Source: Malacoraja senta
Taxonomy: Eukaryota
DNA length: 64,000 nt
NCBI GenBank assembly: GCA_038087875.1
Contig: CM075987.1
Location: forward strand, 17,548,001-17,612,000
Reading direction: 5' to 3'
Position numbers and translations under genes: made by a program. How positions within the stretch are numbered: the stretch's first letter is position 1; each line of letters opens with the position of its first letter. The notes beneath the pieces were generated by a model. The model was given only the letters and a program-made list of their open reading frames with translations, was not told the origin of the DNA and did not search any database. Below, one piece after another: positions 22,849 to 34,424 of the stretch.

Positions 22849-25800
22849 ATGCATGACACCACACAAAAGAACCTAGGAGGAATCTCATTTTGTAGTTGGA
22901 ATATAAGAGGTATTAACGAACCTATCAAAAGGGGTAAGATATTAGCTCAGCTAAAAATGTATAATTCTGACATTACCTTCCTACAAGAAACACACCTAAA
23001 ACCTCAGGACCAAGTTAGGCTGAGGGCGAAATGGATAGGTCAAACATACCACTCTTCATTCACTTCAAAATCTAGAGGCACGTCAATTATCATAAGAAAA
23101 GGTATACCATTTAAAGCAAAGAATATTATAACAGATATAGAAGGGAGATACCTAATAGTTAATGGAGAAATCCATGACACTCCACTTACTTTGGTAAATA
23201 TATATGCCCCTAACTTTGATAACCCCCACTTTTTCAATAAAATCTTCAATATAATTGCAGAGTCAAACTATCAAAATGTTATAATAGGCGGAGACTTTAA
23301 CTGTGTTTTAGATCCGTACTTAGATAAATCAAGTCAAAAACAGAGAGGGAATATGAAATCGAAAACTGGGGAACTCCTCAATACCTATATAAATAACACT
23401 AATATAGCAGATGTTTGGAGAATTGTGAATCCAACTGGCAGGGAATATTCGTTTTACTCAATGGTACATAAGACATACTCACGTATAGACTACTTTCTGC
23501 TGGATACAAAATTAATCCCCCAAACATCTAATGCAATATACCATACAAATTCAATTTCAGACCATTCTCCACTAACTTTCTTTTTAAAACTGGAAGGTTT
23601 GTCTAAGAATAATTCATTCTGGAGATTTAACTCTCAAATTTTAAAAGATCCACAAGCGAGTATATATTTAAAAGAACAAATGGAGGTCTTTTTTCAAACA
23701 AATGATACTTCAGATATATCGCCTACTTTACTTTGGGAATCTTTTAAAGCATACATTAGGGGTATTATAATTTCATATCAAGCTTTTCAAAATAAAAAGA
23801 ATAAGAATGAACAAAGACAGTTAGAAGAACTTATTAGACAAATGGATATAGATAATGCTAAAGATCCATCAATAAATAAACATAATAAAATAATAATTTT
23901 AAAATTTAAATTAAATAAATTATTATCTGCCAAACTTATAAGACTTTTTCAAATTACAAAACAAGAGCACTTTGAATTTGGGGATAAACCGCATAAACTT
24001 TTGGCTCGCCAGCTAAAAAAACGAGAAAAGGAACATACTATACCAAAGATCAAATCAGATAAAGGGGAATTATTAACAACACCGAAGGATATTAATAAAA
24101 GATTTGCGCAATTTTACGAGAATTTGTATACATCTAAAACGATAATTGATTCCAATAATATCACAAAGTTCTTGGATACCTGTAATCTTCCAAAGTTAGA
24201 GATGAAGGAACAAGAGGAACTGGGTGCACAAATCTCAATTAAGGAATTAGAAGATACAATAAACTCATTAAAAAATGGAAAAACACCAGGCCCTGATGGA
24301 TTTACTAATGAATTTTATAAAAGCTTTTATGATAAAATAATACCAAGATTACAAAAAATGTACCAATACGCTTTTAAAAAACGAATACTACCTGATACAT
24401 TAGCGGAATCAACGATTACATTAATACCTAAGAAAAATAAAGATTTAGAAGAACCTGGCTCATATAGAGCTATAGCATTGTTAAACACAGATCAAAAAAT
24501 ATTAGCGAAAACATTAGCTAGAAGATTAAGTAAATACATTAGTAAATTAATAAACCCAGATCAGACAGGGTTTATCCCTAAGAGATACTCTTCTAATAAT
24601 ATGAGACGTCTACTCAACATAATGCACTCACACAAATCTGAAGATCAAGAATTATCAATTATTTCGCTGGATGCTGAAAAAGCATTTGATCAAGTAGAAT
24701 GGAATTATATGGATAAAGTATTACAAAAATTTCAACTGGGAGAGAATTTTATTTTATGGATTAAGTTACTATATAACAAACCTACAGCTAGAATACTTAC
24801 TAATAACATATTATCCTCGAAATTTCAACTATCAAGGGGAAATAGACAAGGATGCTCATTATCACCACAGCTATTTGCTCTCATTATTGAACCGCTAGCA
24901 GAAAAATTTAGAATACACCCTGATATTCATGGATATAATACTAAAGACTCATATAATAAAATATCTTTATACGCGGATGATATATTATTGTATATTACAA
25001 AACCTCAAATCACTATACCAAATATATTAAATTTAATTGAAGACTTCGGATCTTTTTCTGGATATAGAATAAATTGGAATAAAAGTGAAATTATGTCAAT
25101 AAAACCGAAAGATTCAACACATCTTTTAAAATTCCCTTTTAAAATAACTACAGAAAAATTTAAATATTTGGGAATCGAAATTACCAGAACATATCAAGGT
25201 ATGTTCAGGGCAAATTTTGACCCCCTACTTAATAAACTGAATACATTAATTAAATTCTGGAAAACGCTCCCGATGTCTTTAATAGGCCGAATAAACGCAA
25301 TAAAAATGATCTTTTTACCACAAATTTTATACCTATTTCAATCAATTCCTATATACTTACCTAAGAAGTTTTTTAAAAAACTCGACTCAGATATCACTAA
25401 TTTTATATGGGACTATAAATCACATAGAATACAAAAAACCCATCTGAATAAACCTAAAGTATTGGGGGGTCTAGCACTACCTAATTTTATGTATTATTAT
25501 TGGTCAGTAAATATTAAAAACATGATTCAACTGATGGATAACTCCGCCCAGCAAGTAGACTGGATTGTAATGGAGAAAGAGGATTGCTCCTCTAGAAACA
25601 TTGGAGCGATCCTCCTCTCTCCAATGAAACTGAATAACATAAACTATAATAAGAACCCAATTATTCATAGTACAATCCGAATTTGGAAACAAATAAAACA
25701 AAATTTAAAATTAAGAAACTTATCACTTTTATTACCTATAGTCAATAACCCTTTGTTTAGTCCTTCTATTATAGATAAAGCTTATACACAATGGGATAGA

Positions 25801-26640
25801 CTAGGAATTAAAACGCTTGGTGACTTGTATGAAACTGGAAAATTACTTTCATTTCAACAATTACAAATAAAATATAAACTCGGAAATAATCAATATTTTA
25901 AATATTTTCAAATATGCGACTATTTGAAAAAATATACAAAAGATCATCATAATAACCCAGCAGATGTACTGGACGAGGCAATGCAGATAAAAGCGGAATC
26001 AGCAAACTTAATATCATATTTGTATAATATTATCTTAAATGCACAAATACCATCTACGGAGGGTATCAGAAGAGACTGGGAACAAGAGTTAGCTATTAAA
26101 ATTTCAAAGGAAAGTTGGAATGAATACTTATTAAAAGTACATAAATGCTCGATTAATGTAAGACACACTTTAATACAATTTAAAATTTTACATAGATTAT
26201 ATTATTCGAAAACTAAAATTCATAAAATTTTCCCAAACGTATCATCTATTTGTGATAAATGTCAATCCCAAGAAGCAACTATAGCGCACTCATTTGTCTT
26301 CTGTACAAAAATTCAAAAATTTTGGAATGAAATTTTTGAAATCTTTACAAAGTTATTTAAAACAAGACTGATACCCAAAGCAGAATGGATTATCTTCGGA
26401 ATAACGGAAGATGATCCAGAACTAAATGTGTTTCAAAAGAAATTAATGGACTATGGGTTAATAACTGGAAAAAAGCTAATTCTAAAATTTTGGAAGAAGG
26501 CTCCAATACCAACTATAAATATGTGGATTTCAAATATGTTTGAAACATTACACCTTGAAGAGATAAGACTCCTCCTAGCAGGTAAACCAGATCACTTCCA
26601 CCTGACGTGGTCTGCATTTATAGAATTATTACAAACATAG
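22849..26640 (+). CDS. L1 ORF2p (APE endonuclease, reverse transcriptase, CCHC)
   Basis: 1263 aa uninterrupted; WNIRG, LQETH, GGDFN, SDH; DAEKAFD, RQGCSLSP, LYADD; CDKC-x8-H-x4-C. Confidence 0.96.
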   Translation: MHDTTQKNLGGISFCSWNIRGINEPIKRGKILAQLKMYNSDITFLQETHLKPQDQVRLRAKWIGQTYHSSFTSKSRGTSIIIRKGIPFKAKNIITDIEGRYLIVNGEIHDTPLTLVNIYAPNFDNPHFFNKIFNIIAESNYQNVIIGGDFNCVLDPYLDKSSQKQRGNMKSKTGELLNTYINNTNIADVWRIVNPTGREYSFYSMVHKTYSRIDYFLLDTKLIPQTSNAIYHTNSISDHSPLTFFLKLEGLSKNNSFWRFNSQILKDPQASIYLKEQMEVFFQTNDTSDISPTLLWESFKAYIRGIIISYQAFQNKKNKNEQRQLEELIRQMDIDNAKDPSINKHNKIIILKFKLNKLLSAKLIRLFQITKQEHFEFGDKPHKLLARQLKKREKEHTIPKIKSDKGELLTTPKDINKRFAQFYENLYTSKTIIDSNNITKFLDTCNLPKLEMKEQEELGAQISIKELEDTINSLKNGKTPGPDGFTNEFYKSFYDKIIPRLQKMYQYAFKKRILPDTLAESTITLIPKKNKDLEEPGSYRAIALLNTDQKILAKTLARRLSKYISKLINPDQTGFIPKRYSSNNMRRLLNIMHSHKSEDQELSIISLDAEKAFDQVEWNYMDKVLQKFQLGENFILWIKLLYNKPTARILTNNILSSKFQLSRGNRQGCSLSPQLFALIIEPLAEKFRIHPDIHGYNTKDSYNKISLYADDILLYITKPQITIPNILNLIEDFGSFSGYRINWNKSEIMSIKPKDSTHLLKFPFKITTEKFKYLGIEITRTYQGMFRANFDPLLNKLNTLIKFWKTLPMSLIGRINAIKMIFLPQILYLFQSIPIYLPKKFFKKLDSDITNFIWDYKSHRIQKTHLNKPKVLGGLALPNFMYYYWSVNIKNMIQLMDNSAQQVDWIVMEKEDCSSRNIGAILLSPMKLNNINYNKNPIIHSTIRIWKQIKQNLKLRNLSLLLPIVNNPLFSPSIIDKAYTQWDRLGIKTLGDLYETGKLLSFQQLQIKYKLGNNQYFKYFQICDYLKKYTKDHHNNPADVLDEAMQIKAESANLISYLYNIILNAQIPSTEGIRRDWEQELAIKISKESWNEYLLKVHKCSINVRHTLIQFKILHRLYYSKTKIHKIFPNVSSICDKCQSQEATIAHSFVFCTKIQKFWNEIFEIFTKLFKTRLIPKAEWIIFGITEDDPELNVFQKKLMDYGLITGKKLILKFWKKAPIPTINMWISNMFETLHLEEIRLLLAGKPDHFHLTWSAFIELLQT

Positions 26641-29454
26641 GGTGCAAAAGTACTTTAAAAAAAATAAAAAATTGAGGTCAGGTAAGGGGGGGTGATAGTT
26701 GAAGAGTTGGTATGTCCTATTTACGTGATGCTCAAAAAAAAAAACATTTGTTTCTCTTTTTTTCTCTTTCTCTTTTCTTTTCTTAGGGCCTATTTCTTAA
26801 CTCTTTTTCTTTTTGTTTTTAATTTCGCTCTTATAGGGTCTTCGTCCTTTTTTGTTGTTACATTTTCTACACTTTTCTACACTTGCACTTTTTCCTTCAC
26901 TTTCTTCTCTCTTTCAATCTTTTCTTTTTCTAGTGTAAAAAAATAAATAAAGGGAGTACATTAATTGTAAGAAGATATAAATGACGAGTATTAATGTATG
27001 TGGTTGTAATGTAATGTACTTCTAATAAATAAAAATTAAAAAAAAAAAAAAGATTCGTCAGACATGATTTACCTTTCGTAAATCCATGCTGACTTTGTCC
27101 AATGATTTCACCACTTTCCAAATGTGCTGCTAACCGATCTTTAATAACTGACTCTAGCAGTTTCCCCACTACCGATGTTAAACTAACTGGTCTGTAATTC
27201 CCCGTTTTCTCACTCCCTCCCTTTTTAAAAAGTGGGGTTACATTAGCTACCCTCCAATCCTCAGGAACTACTCCAGAATCCAAAGAGTTTTGAAAAATTA
27301 TCACTAATGCATCCACTATTTCTGGGGCTACTTCCTTAAGTACTCTGGAATGCAGCCTATCTGGCCCTGGGGGTTTATCGGCCTTTAATCCATTCAATTT
27401 ACCTAACACCACTTCCCGGCTAACCTGGATTTCACTCAGTTCCTCCATCTCATTTGACCCGCGGTCCCCTGCTATTTCCGGCAGATTATTTATGTCTTTC
27501 TTAGTGAAGACAGAACCAAAGTAGTTATTCAATTGGTCTGCCGTGTCCTTGTTCCCCATGATCAATTCACCTGTTTCTGACTGCAAGGGACCTACATTTG
27601 TTTTAACTAATCTTTTTCTCTTCACATATCTATAAAAACTTTTGCAGTCAGTTTTTATGTTCCCTGCCAGTTTTCTTTCATAATCTATTTACCCTTTCCT
27701 AATTAAGCCCTTTGTCCTCCTCTGCTGGACTCTGAATTTCTCCCAGTCCTCTGGTAGGCTGCTTTTTCTGGCTAATGTGTACGCTTCATCTTTTGTTTTG
27801 ATACTATCCCTGATTTCCATTGTCATCCACGGATGCACTACCTTCCCTGATTTATTCTTTTGCCAAACTGGAATGAACAATTGTTGTAGTTCATCCATGC
27901 AGTTTTTAAATGCCTTCCATTGCATATCGACCGTCAACCCTTTAAGAATCAATTGCCAGTCAATCTTTGCCAATTCACGTCTCATACCCTCAAATTACCT
28001 TTCTTTAAGTTCAGAACCCTTGTTTCTGAATTAACAATGTCACTATCCATCCTAATGAAGAACTCAACCATATTATGGTCACTCTTGCCCAAGGGGCCAC
28101 GCACACCAAGACTGCTAACTAACCCTTCCTCATTACTCAATACCCAGTCCAGAATAGCCTGCTCTCTCGTTGGTTCCTCTACATGTTGGTTTAGAAAACT
28201 ATCCCGCATACATTCCAAGAAATCCTCTTCCTCAGCACCCCTACCAATTTGATTCCCCCAACTATGTAGATTGAAGTCACCCATTATAACTGTTTTACCT
28301 TTGTTGCACGCATTTCTAATTTCCTGTTTGATGCCATCCCCAACTCCACTACTACTGTTAGGTGGCCTGTACACAACACCCACTAGCGTTTTCTGCCCCT
28401 TAGTGTTTCGCAGCTCTACCCATATCGATTCCACATCCTCCTTTCTATTGCGTTAATCTCCTCTCTAACCAGCAACGCTACCCCACCTCCTTTTCCTTTC
28501 TGTCTATCCCTCCTGAATATTGAATATCCCTGGATGTTCAGCTCCCAGCCTTGGTCACCCTGGAGCCATGTCTCCGTGATCCCAACTATATCATAATCAT
28601 TAATAGCTATCTGCACATTCAACATCCACCTTATTAGGAATGCTCCTTGCATTGAGACACAAAGCCTTCAGGCTTGTTTTTACAACACTCTTACCCCTTA
28701 TACAATTATGTTGAAAAGTGGCCCTTTTTGATTTTTGCCCTGGATTTGTCTGCCTGCCACTTTTACTTTTCACCTTGCTACCTATTGCTTCTACCCTCAT
28801 TTTACACCCCTGTCTCTCTGCTCACACATTTAAGAAACCCACCACCTCTTATTCTCTGTTTATTATTTTTTACCTTTTTCCCCCCCTACATGTTGGGTCT
28901 GAGTGCTTCCCTTCCCTGCCTCCTGCCTCACACACTGTCTACTAGCTTTTTCTTTTTGAGTCCCTCCCCCCAACCGTTCTAGTTTAAAGTCTCCCTAGTA
29001 CCCTTTGCAAATCTCCCCGCCAGGATATTGGTCCCCCTCGGGTTCAAGTGCAACCCGTCCTTTTTGTACAGGTCACACCTTCCCCAAAAGAGGCCCCAAT
29101 GATCGAGAAACTTGAATCCCTGCCCTCTGCACCAGTCCTTCAGCCACGCATTTATCCTCCACCTCGCTCCATTCCTACTCTCACTGTCGCTTGGCACAGG
29201 CAATAATCCTGAGATTGTTACCTTTGCGGTCCTTCTCCTTAACTCTCCTCCTAACTCACTAAATTCTCCTTTTAGGACCTCTTCTCTTTTTTTACCTGTC
29301 ATTGGTACCTATATGTACCACGACCTCAGGCTCCTCTCCCTCCCATTTCAGGATATCTTGGACATGTTGGAGGCTTACCAAAGGGTGTAGAGAAGCACTA
29401 CCAGAATGTTGCCTGGATTCGAGGGTAATAGCCACCGGGGGAGGTTGGAAAAAC

Positions 29455-30176
29455 ATGTGTAGGAAGGAACGGCAGATGCTGGTTTACACCAAAGATAGAC
29501 ACAAAATGCTGGAGTAACTAAGCAGAACAGGCACATCTCTGCATAGAAGGAATGGGTGAAGTGTCGGGTCGAGTCCCTTCTTCGAGAGTCAGGGGAGAGG
29601 GAGACATAGAGATAAGGAAGTGTAAAGGGCCTGTCCCACTTACGCGATTTTTTCCGGGACTTGCTGGCACCCGTCATAGTCGCAGCAGGGTCGCCGAAAA
29701 TTGTTGAAAACTCAGTGGTGACCAGAAAAAGGTACGACTCTTTGGGTGATTACTCATGACCAAACAGACGTCACCCCGCAACATATCGCCTGTAGGATTG
29801 TGAGTAGTCACCCAAAGAGTCGTACCTTTTTCTGGTCGCCACTGCATTTTCAACATTTTGAACATTTTCGGCGACCTGCTGCGACTATGATGGGTGCCGG
29901 CAAGTCGCAGAAAAAATCGCATAAGTGGGACAGGCCCTTAAGGTTCCTAGTTCTCCGACCTTGATTACATTTTATCTCTGTGTGCTTCGTTGTCACCCTC
30001 TACTAGCTTCATCCCCTTTGATGTCTCGTTTTCACACATCACACTTCTTTATCTCTGCATCTCCCTTTCCCCACTTAGTCTGAAGAAGGGTCTCGTCCCA
30101 AAGGTCACCCATTCCTTCTCTCCAGAGATGCTGCCTGTCCCGCTGAGTTACTCCAGCATTTTGTGTCCATCTTTGG
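29455..30176. mobile_element. Penelope-derived element with inverted terminal-repeat arrangement
   Basis: 29488-29625 (-) mirrors 30040-30176 (+); degenerate ctgaaga..gaaac hammerhead cores in both arms. Confidence 0.7.
29626..29938. mobile_element. PIF/Harbinger-type MITE
   Basis: TIR agggcctgtcccactt / aagtgggacaggccct; 3-bp TSD TAA on both sides; nearly fully palindromic. Confidence 0.88.
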
Positions 30177-30358
30177 ATAAACTTGGATTGTTTTCTCTGG
30201 ACCACCACAGGTTGTGAGGAGACCTGCTAGAAGTGTATAAAATAACGAGAGGCAGAGATAGGGTAGACAATTAGTCTTGTTCCCAAGATGGGAGAATCAA
30301 ACACGAGAGGGCAGTGGAGCAAAGTTTAAAGGAGGTGTGTGGGTTTTTACACAGAGTG

Positions 30359-30759
30359 TCACCTTGTCGTGGTGAAGAAGCTTGTGTGGTCCTGAGATCC
30401 TGAGAGCGATGCCGTCTGGAGCTATGCTCCTGGTAGGGCCATCCATGGCGGTAAGGTCGAGGGTGAGGTCTCTGAGAAAGAGCAATCCAACCAAGACCTC
30501 AACGGTGGAACAGGCGGAGCTTAGTGGAGCGTCACAACGGCTGGGAAGGCGGATGAAGGCTGCAGCAGAAAAGGGTCTCCGGTCGTCTTGGACTCCATGC
30601 CACTGGATCCTGACCCAGATCTGTCAAGAACCGTGTGGTGGCTGTCTGTGCACCAGTCTCCCCACGTTAAACAAAGTCACACACAGGTGTCCTCCATATA
30701 GGGAATAGCACCCTGGCGACACCCATGGTCAGCCATGACCGAAGGGGCCTAAGAAGGCC
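30359..30759 (+). mobile_element. RTE-derived non-autonomous element, copy 2
   Basis: Colinear with 13482-13906; TSD gagtg. Confidence 0.7.
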
Positions 30760-31119
30760 GAGTGCCTTGAACATGCTGCCGTTGTTGTTGGCTGAAGATG
30801 ATATTGAAGAGTTTTGGACAGACACATGGATATGCAGGGAATGGAGGGATATGGATGATAGGCAGGTAGATTAGAGATCATGCACGGATGACACACATTC
30901 TGGGCTGAAGGGCCTGTTACTGTGTTGCATGGTTCCATGTTCTAGACTCAGTGCACTCGGCGATCTATGCTGTCCCAGGTCTGGGATGTGAACAGCGATC
31001 GATGCTGTCCCGGAGAGAGGAGAGAGAGAGAGTGGCGAAAGAGAGAGAGCGACGAGAGAGACAGTGGCGAGAGAGAGAGAGCGGTGAGAGAGAGACAGAG
31101 AGCGGCAAGAGCTGCAGAT

Positions 31120-31231
31120 ACATAATAAATGGTCATGAACATACTTTATTCCCCCCAAATCATCCTGTAGGCCGGATTGGGCCCCTTCGTGGGCCGGATG
31201 CGACCCGCGGGCCGGTAGTTTGACACCCCTG
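31120..31231. mobile_element. hAT (Charlie-like) MITE end
   Basis: gggccg subterminal repeats and end gtttgacacccctg followed by ctctaaac; the other end was not found. Confidence 0.5.
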
Positions 31232-31260
31232 CTCTAAACCTTTCCTATCAATGTACCCAT

Positions 31261-31386
31261 TGGGGTGGAAGATTGCAACCTTCACGTGGACCGCCCTGTT
31301 TCGACGAATGCAATCAACCCGGCGTGCAAAATCAAATATGATCAAATAGAACAAGTTGTCCTGCAACTTTAACCACATGCAAGAAG
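31261..31386 (+). mobile_element. 126-bp retroposed insertion with (AAG)n tail
   Basis: 11-bp TSD aatgtacccat at 31250-31260 and 31387-31397. Confidence 0.75.
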
Positions 31387-32355
31387 AATGTACCCATCAA
31401 ATGTTTTTTAGATGTTCTTATATTACCTGCCTCAACGACCTCCTCTGACAGCTTGTTCCATACACCCACCATCTGTGTGAAAAAGTTTCCCCTGAGGTTC
31501 CGATTGAATCTTTCACCATAAACCTATAACCCGTGTTTGTTGATTCCTCTACTTTGGGTAAAACACTGTGCATTCACCCTATCAATTTCTCTGATGATTT
31601 TAAAAACCTCCCAAAATGCAGAACCCCATTGCCACCCCTGGCAGTGCGTTCCAGGCACACAGCAATCTCTGTAAAAACTTGTCCCATATACATCTCCTAT
31701 AAACTTTGCCCCTCAAAATATTCATTTCTTTGATATAAATGATTTGCCTTTAATAGATCCAAGCTGGTTCTTTCCAGATCAGTTGACAATTGTTCAATTG
31801 AAGGTTGATTCAGTCTCCGCGCTGTAAATATCTGAACATACTTGTAATCTACTAATTCCCCATGTCCTAATTGCTGAGTTTTAGTCGGGTTGCTTGTGTT
31901 CAGGTCTATTATTGTCACGTGTACCGAGGTACAGTGAAAAGCTTTGTTTTACATACTAGCCAAACATATCAGATAATATTATATATAAATACAATCAGGT
32001 CAAACTCAAGTACAATAGGTAGAGCAAAGTGGAAGATACAGAGTGTAGAATGTAGTTCTCAGCATTGTAGCGCATCAGGTCTAGAGACAAAGTCCAATGT
32101 CCGCAATGGGGTAGAGGTGAATCGGACAGTACCCTAGCTTCAGAGGGAAAGAAGCAGTTCCTGAGTCTGGTGGTGCGCGTTTTCAAGCTGCTGTACCTTC
32201 TACCATACGGGAGAGGGGAGAAGAAGGAATGACCGGGGTGGGACAAGTCTGAGCATCTGACCATTGCCGTACAGCAGTGACTGCCCCAGACTCAGACACT
32301 GCCCACAGCGCTGTGTTCTCACCGTTACTGAGCGGAGCTGACCACAGATGCCTAC

Positions 32356-32557
32356 CTGAAGCGGGTTGTTGGCGGGTGGAAGCTGCTCCTCTGATGTGGG
32401 TTACTCTGCCCATTGTGGGTGAGGAGCTGTCAGCGCCGTTACTGGGCACCGCGGGCTCCAATCCAACCACGCTGCCCACCTGTACCCCTGCCCCAGAGAG
32501 ATTCACAAGCTGGCAGCAGAACAGCAGCACCAGTGACACCCAGCACACAGGCATCAT
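32356..32557 (-). CDS. Probable ADAM coding exon 1 (signal peptide plus linker)
   Basis: MMPVCWVSLVLLFCCQLVNLSGAG... is a hydrophobic signal peptide in unique sequence. Donor cag|gtaggc gives 202 nt, phase 1, as required by exon 2. Confidence 0.68.
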
Positions 32558-33451
32558 GATCACCAGCTCACCCACACACTCACTGGCACATTCATCACTC
32601 TCTCGCCCCTCTCCCTTCCCTGTCCTTCACACTCTGGCAAGCTGCCCACAGCCGCATCTGCCCCTCTCCACCGCTCATTCATGGAGCAAGTCTGTAGCCT
32701 CACAAGCTTTCCTATCAGTTTTGTAACCTCGGCATTAGACACAAAGTGCCGGAGGTGACGACCGTTAATACATTGTCCAGGGCTCAATTGTTCCCAAAAT
32801 GTAACTCGTCACTTGTGGGAGAGCAAATGCAACAGAAACTTTTTAAAACACTTCAAATGCTTAAAGGGATGTGAGGCAAACGCAGGCAATGGGACTGACT
32901 GGGCATCTTGGTGGGCATGGAAGAGTTGGGCCGGCAGGGCCAGTTTCCATGCTGTGTGACTCTATGAAGGAGGCTTGGAAGCAGTGACCAGCTACAGCCC
33001 TATACGTGGCACAGCAAGTGTCCGCTGGTAATGCAGATTGCAGAAGCTGACTGCACTCACACTGAAGGAGTCTCGACCCAGAGACATTTTATCTCTCTAT
33101 GCTTCGTTGTCACCTCCGAGCCTCATCCCCTTTGATGTCTCGTTTTCACACCTTACACTTCCTTATCTCTATGTCTCCCTCTCCCCTCTCAGTCTGAAGA
33201 AAGGTCTTGCCCCAAATGTCACCCATTCCTTCTCTCCAGAGATGCTGCCTGTCCCGCTGAGTTACTCCAGCATTTTGTGTCTATCTCCGGTGCACTCAGA
33301 CATTTCTGGAGCACAGGAGCCTGAGGCCTGATCTTATAGTAGTGTCTAAGGTCATCGGGGGAATAGATAGTGTGAATGCAAAGACTTTTATAATAGGGTT
33401 GGGGAATCAAGAACCAGTGGTCATAGATTTGAGATGAGAACAGGAACAGGC

Positions 33452-33671
33452 CCTAGGGACAATTTACATTTATACCAAGCTAATTAATCTCCAAACCTGC
33501 ACGTCTTTGGAGTGTGGGATGAAACCAAAGATGTCGGAGAAAACCCACGCGGTCACAGTGAGAACTTACAAACTCTGTACAGACAGCAGCGGTAGTCAGG
33601 ATCGAACCCGGGTCTCTGGCGCTGTGAGTGCTGAAGGGCAGCAACTCTACCGCTGCGCCACCGTGCCACCC
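33452..33671 (-). mobile_element. HE1-type V-SINE
   Basis: gggtggcacggtggcgcagcggtagagttgctgcc...gggttcgatcctgac head. Confidence 0.8.
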
Positions 33672-33950
33672 CTGTAACCTGCCCTCACCCCGTCTCTGAC
33701 CTCTCCCCCTGTAACCTGACCTCTCCCATTTCTGACCTCTCCCCCTGTCTCTGTCCTCACCCCTTGTCTCTGACCTCTCCACCTGTAACCTGACCTCTCC
33801 CCCTGTCTCTGACCTCTCCCCCTGTCTCTGTCCTCACCCCTTGTCTCTGACCTCTCCCCCTGTAACCTGACCTCTCCCCCTGTAACCTCTCCCCCTGTAA
33901 CCTGACCTCTCCCCCTGTCTGTGACCTCTCCACGGTGCGTGCGGTGACCT
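33668..33950. repeat. About 20-bp minisatellite (cccctgtaacctgacctctc / cccctgtctctgacctctc)
   Basis: Direct repeats containing 11 TGACCT hexamers. Confidence 0.9.
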
Positions 33951-34424
33951 CTACTGACTGAGACACTGGGGAAGGTGCAGCGTGTGCTGGACATTGTGTG
34001 GGGACAGTTGGTGTCAGTGAGGAAGTTGCTCCGTGTTCTGGTGACGTTATGTCTGGGGACAATGTGCTGCCTTGCCCCTGACACAGTGAATGTGACTGAG
34101 CAATCTCCCCGCTCCCACACGCTGGGCTCCCACATGCTGGGCTCCCACACTCCTTTGACTCTCGTTGTGTTGTGGAACTGACAGTGAAATCTCTAAGGCC
34201 CATGGAGTCCGCCCAGCAACAGTGTTACCCCCTCCAGCACCAAAGCCCAGAGCTCGCACTCTCTCCGCGCTCTCTCTGATCAATGGTCAATGGTTCTTCA
34301 TTATCACGTGTCCTCAGGTACAGTTCAGTAAATGACCGCCATACAAAAGTACAATCCCCAACTAAGTACCTAATGTGTAGAGCCGGCCCACTGAGTCTAA
34401 AGGCAAGAGTGGCCATGTTTTGCT

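Larger units (their letters stand above)
20778..27049 (+). mobile_element. Full-length L1 (LINE-1) retrotransposon
   Basis: 15-bp TSD aagattcgtcagaca at 20763-20777 and 27050-27064; 5' gacttccggt; two open ORFs; AATAAA plus poly(A). Confidence 0.96.
19746..29363 (-). mobile_element. Near-full-length CR1 LINE (ORF1 esterase C-terminus plus frameshifted EN/RT ORF2), split by L1
   Basis: ORF1 GLLPVP...INAWLKDWC...DGLHLNPRG (SGNH-esterase type); EN GITETWL, YRPPNS, GDFN, SDH; RT FADDTKL; internal deletion near 19926; (tttctat)n tail. Confidence 0.9.
14432..30947 (+). mobile_element. Old CR1 element fragmented by many later insertions (outer shell of a 16.5-kb nest)
   Basis: Colinear CR1 pieces at about 14650-14980, 15368-15393, 19496-19745, 29364-29453, 30173-30356 and 30760-30945; flanking near-TSD tcagtg(g)cac at 14422-14431 and 30948-30956. 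Confidence 0.65.

Noticed and set aside
31697..31918. Short AT-rich ORF as an extra ADAM exon
   Set aside because: No convincing splice sites, and exons 1 and 2 already join in phase; probably an unidentified TE fragment.
32558..32830. Acceptor at 32811 implying an upstream non-coding ADAM exon
   Set aside because: A plausible pyrimidine tract plus AG, but it would add several upstream ATGs and no partner exon can be supported without transcripts.
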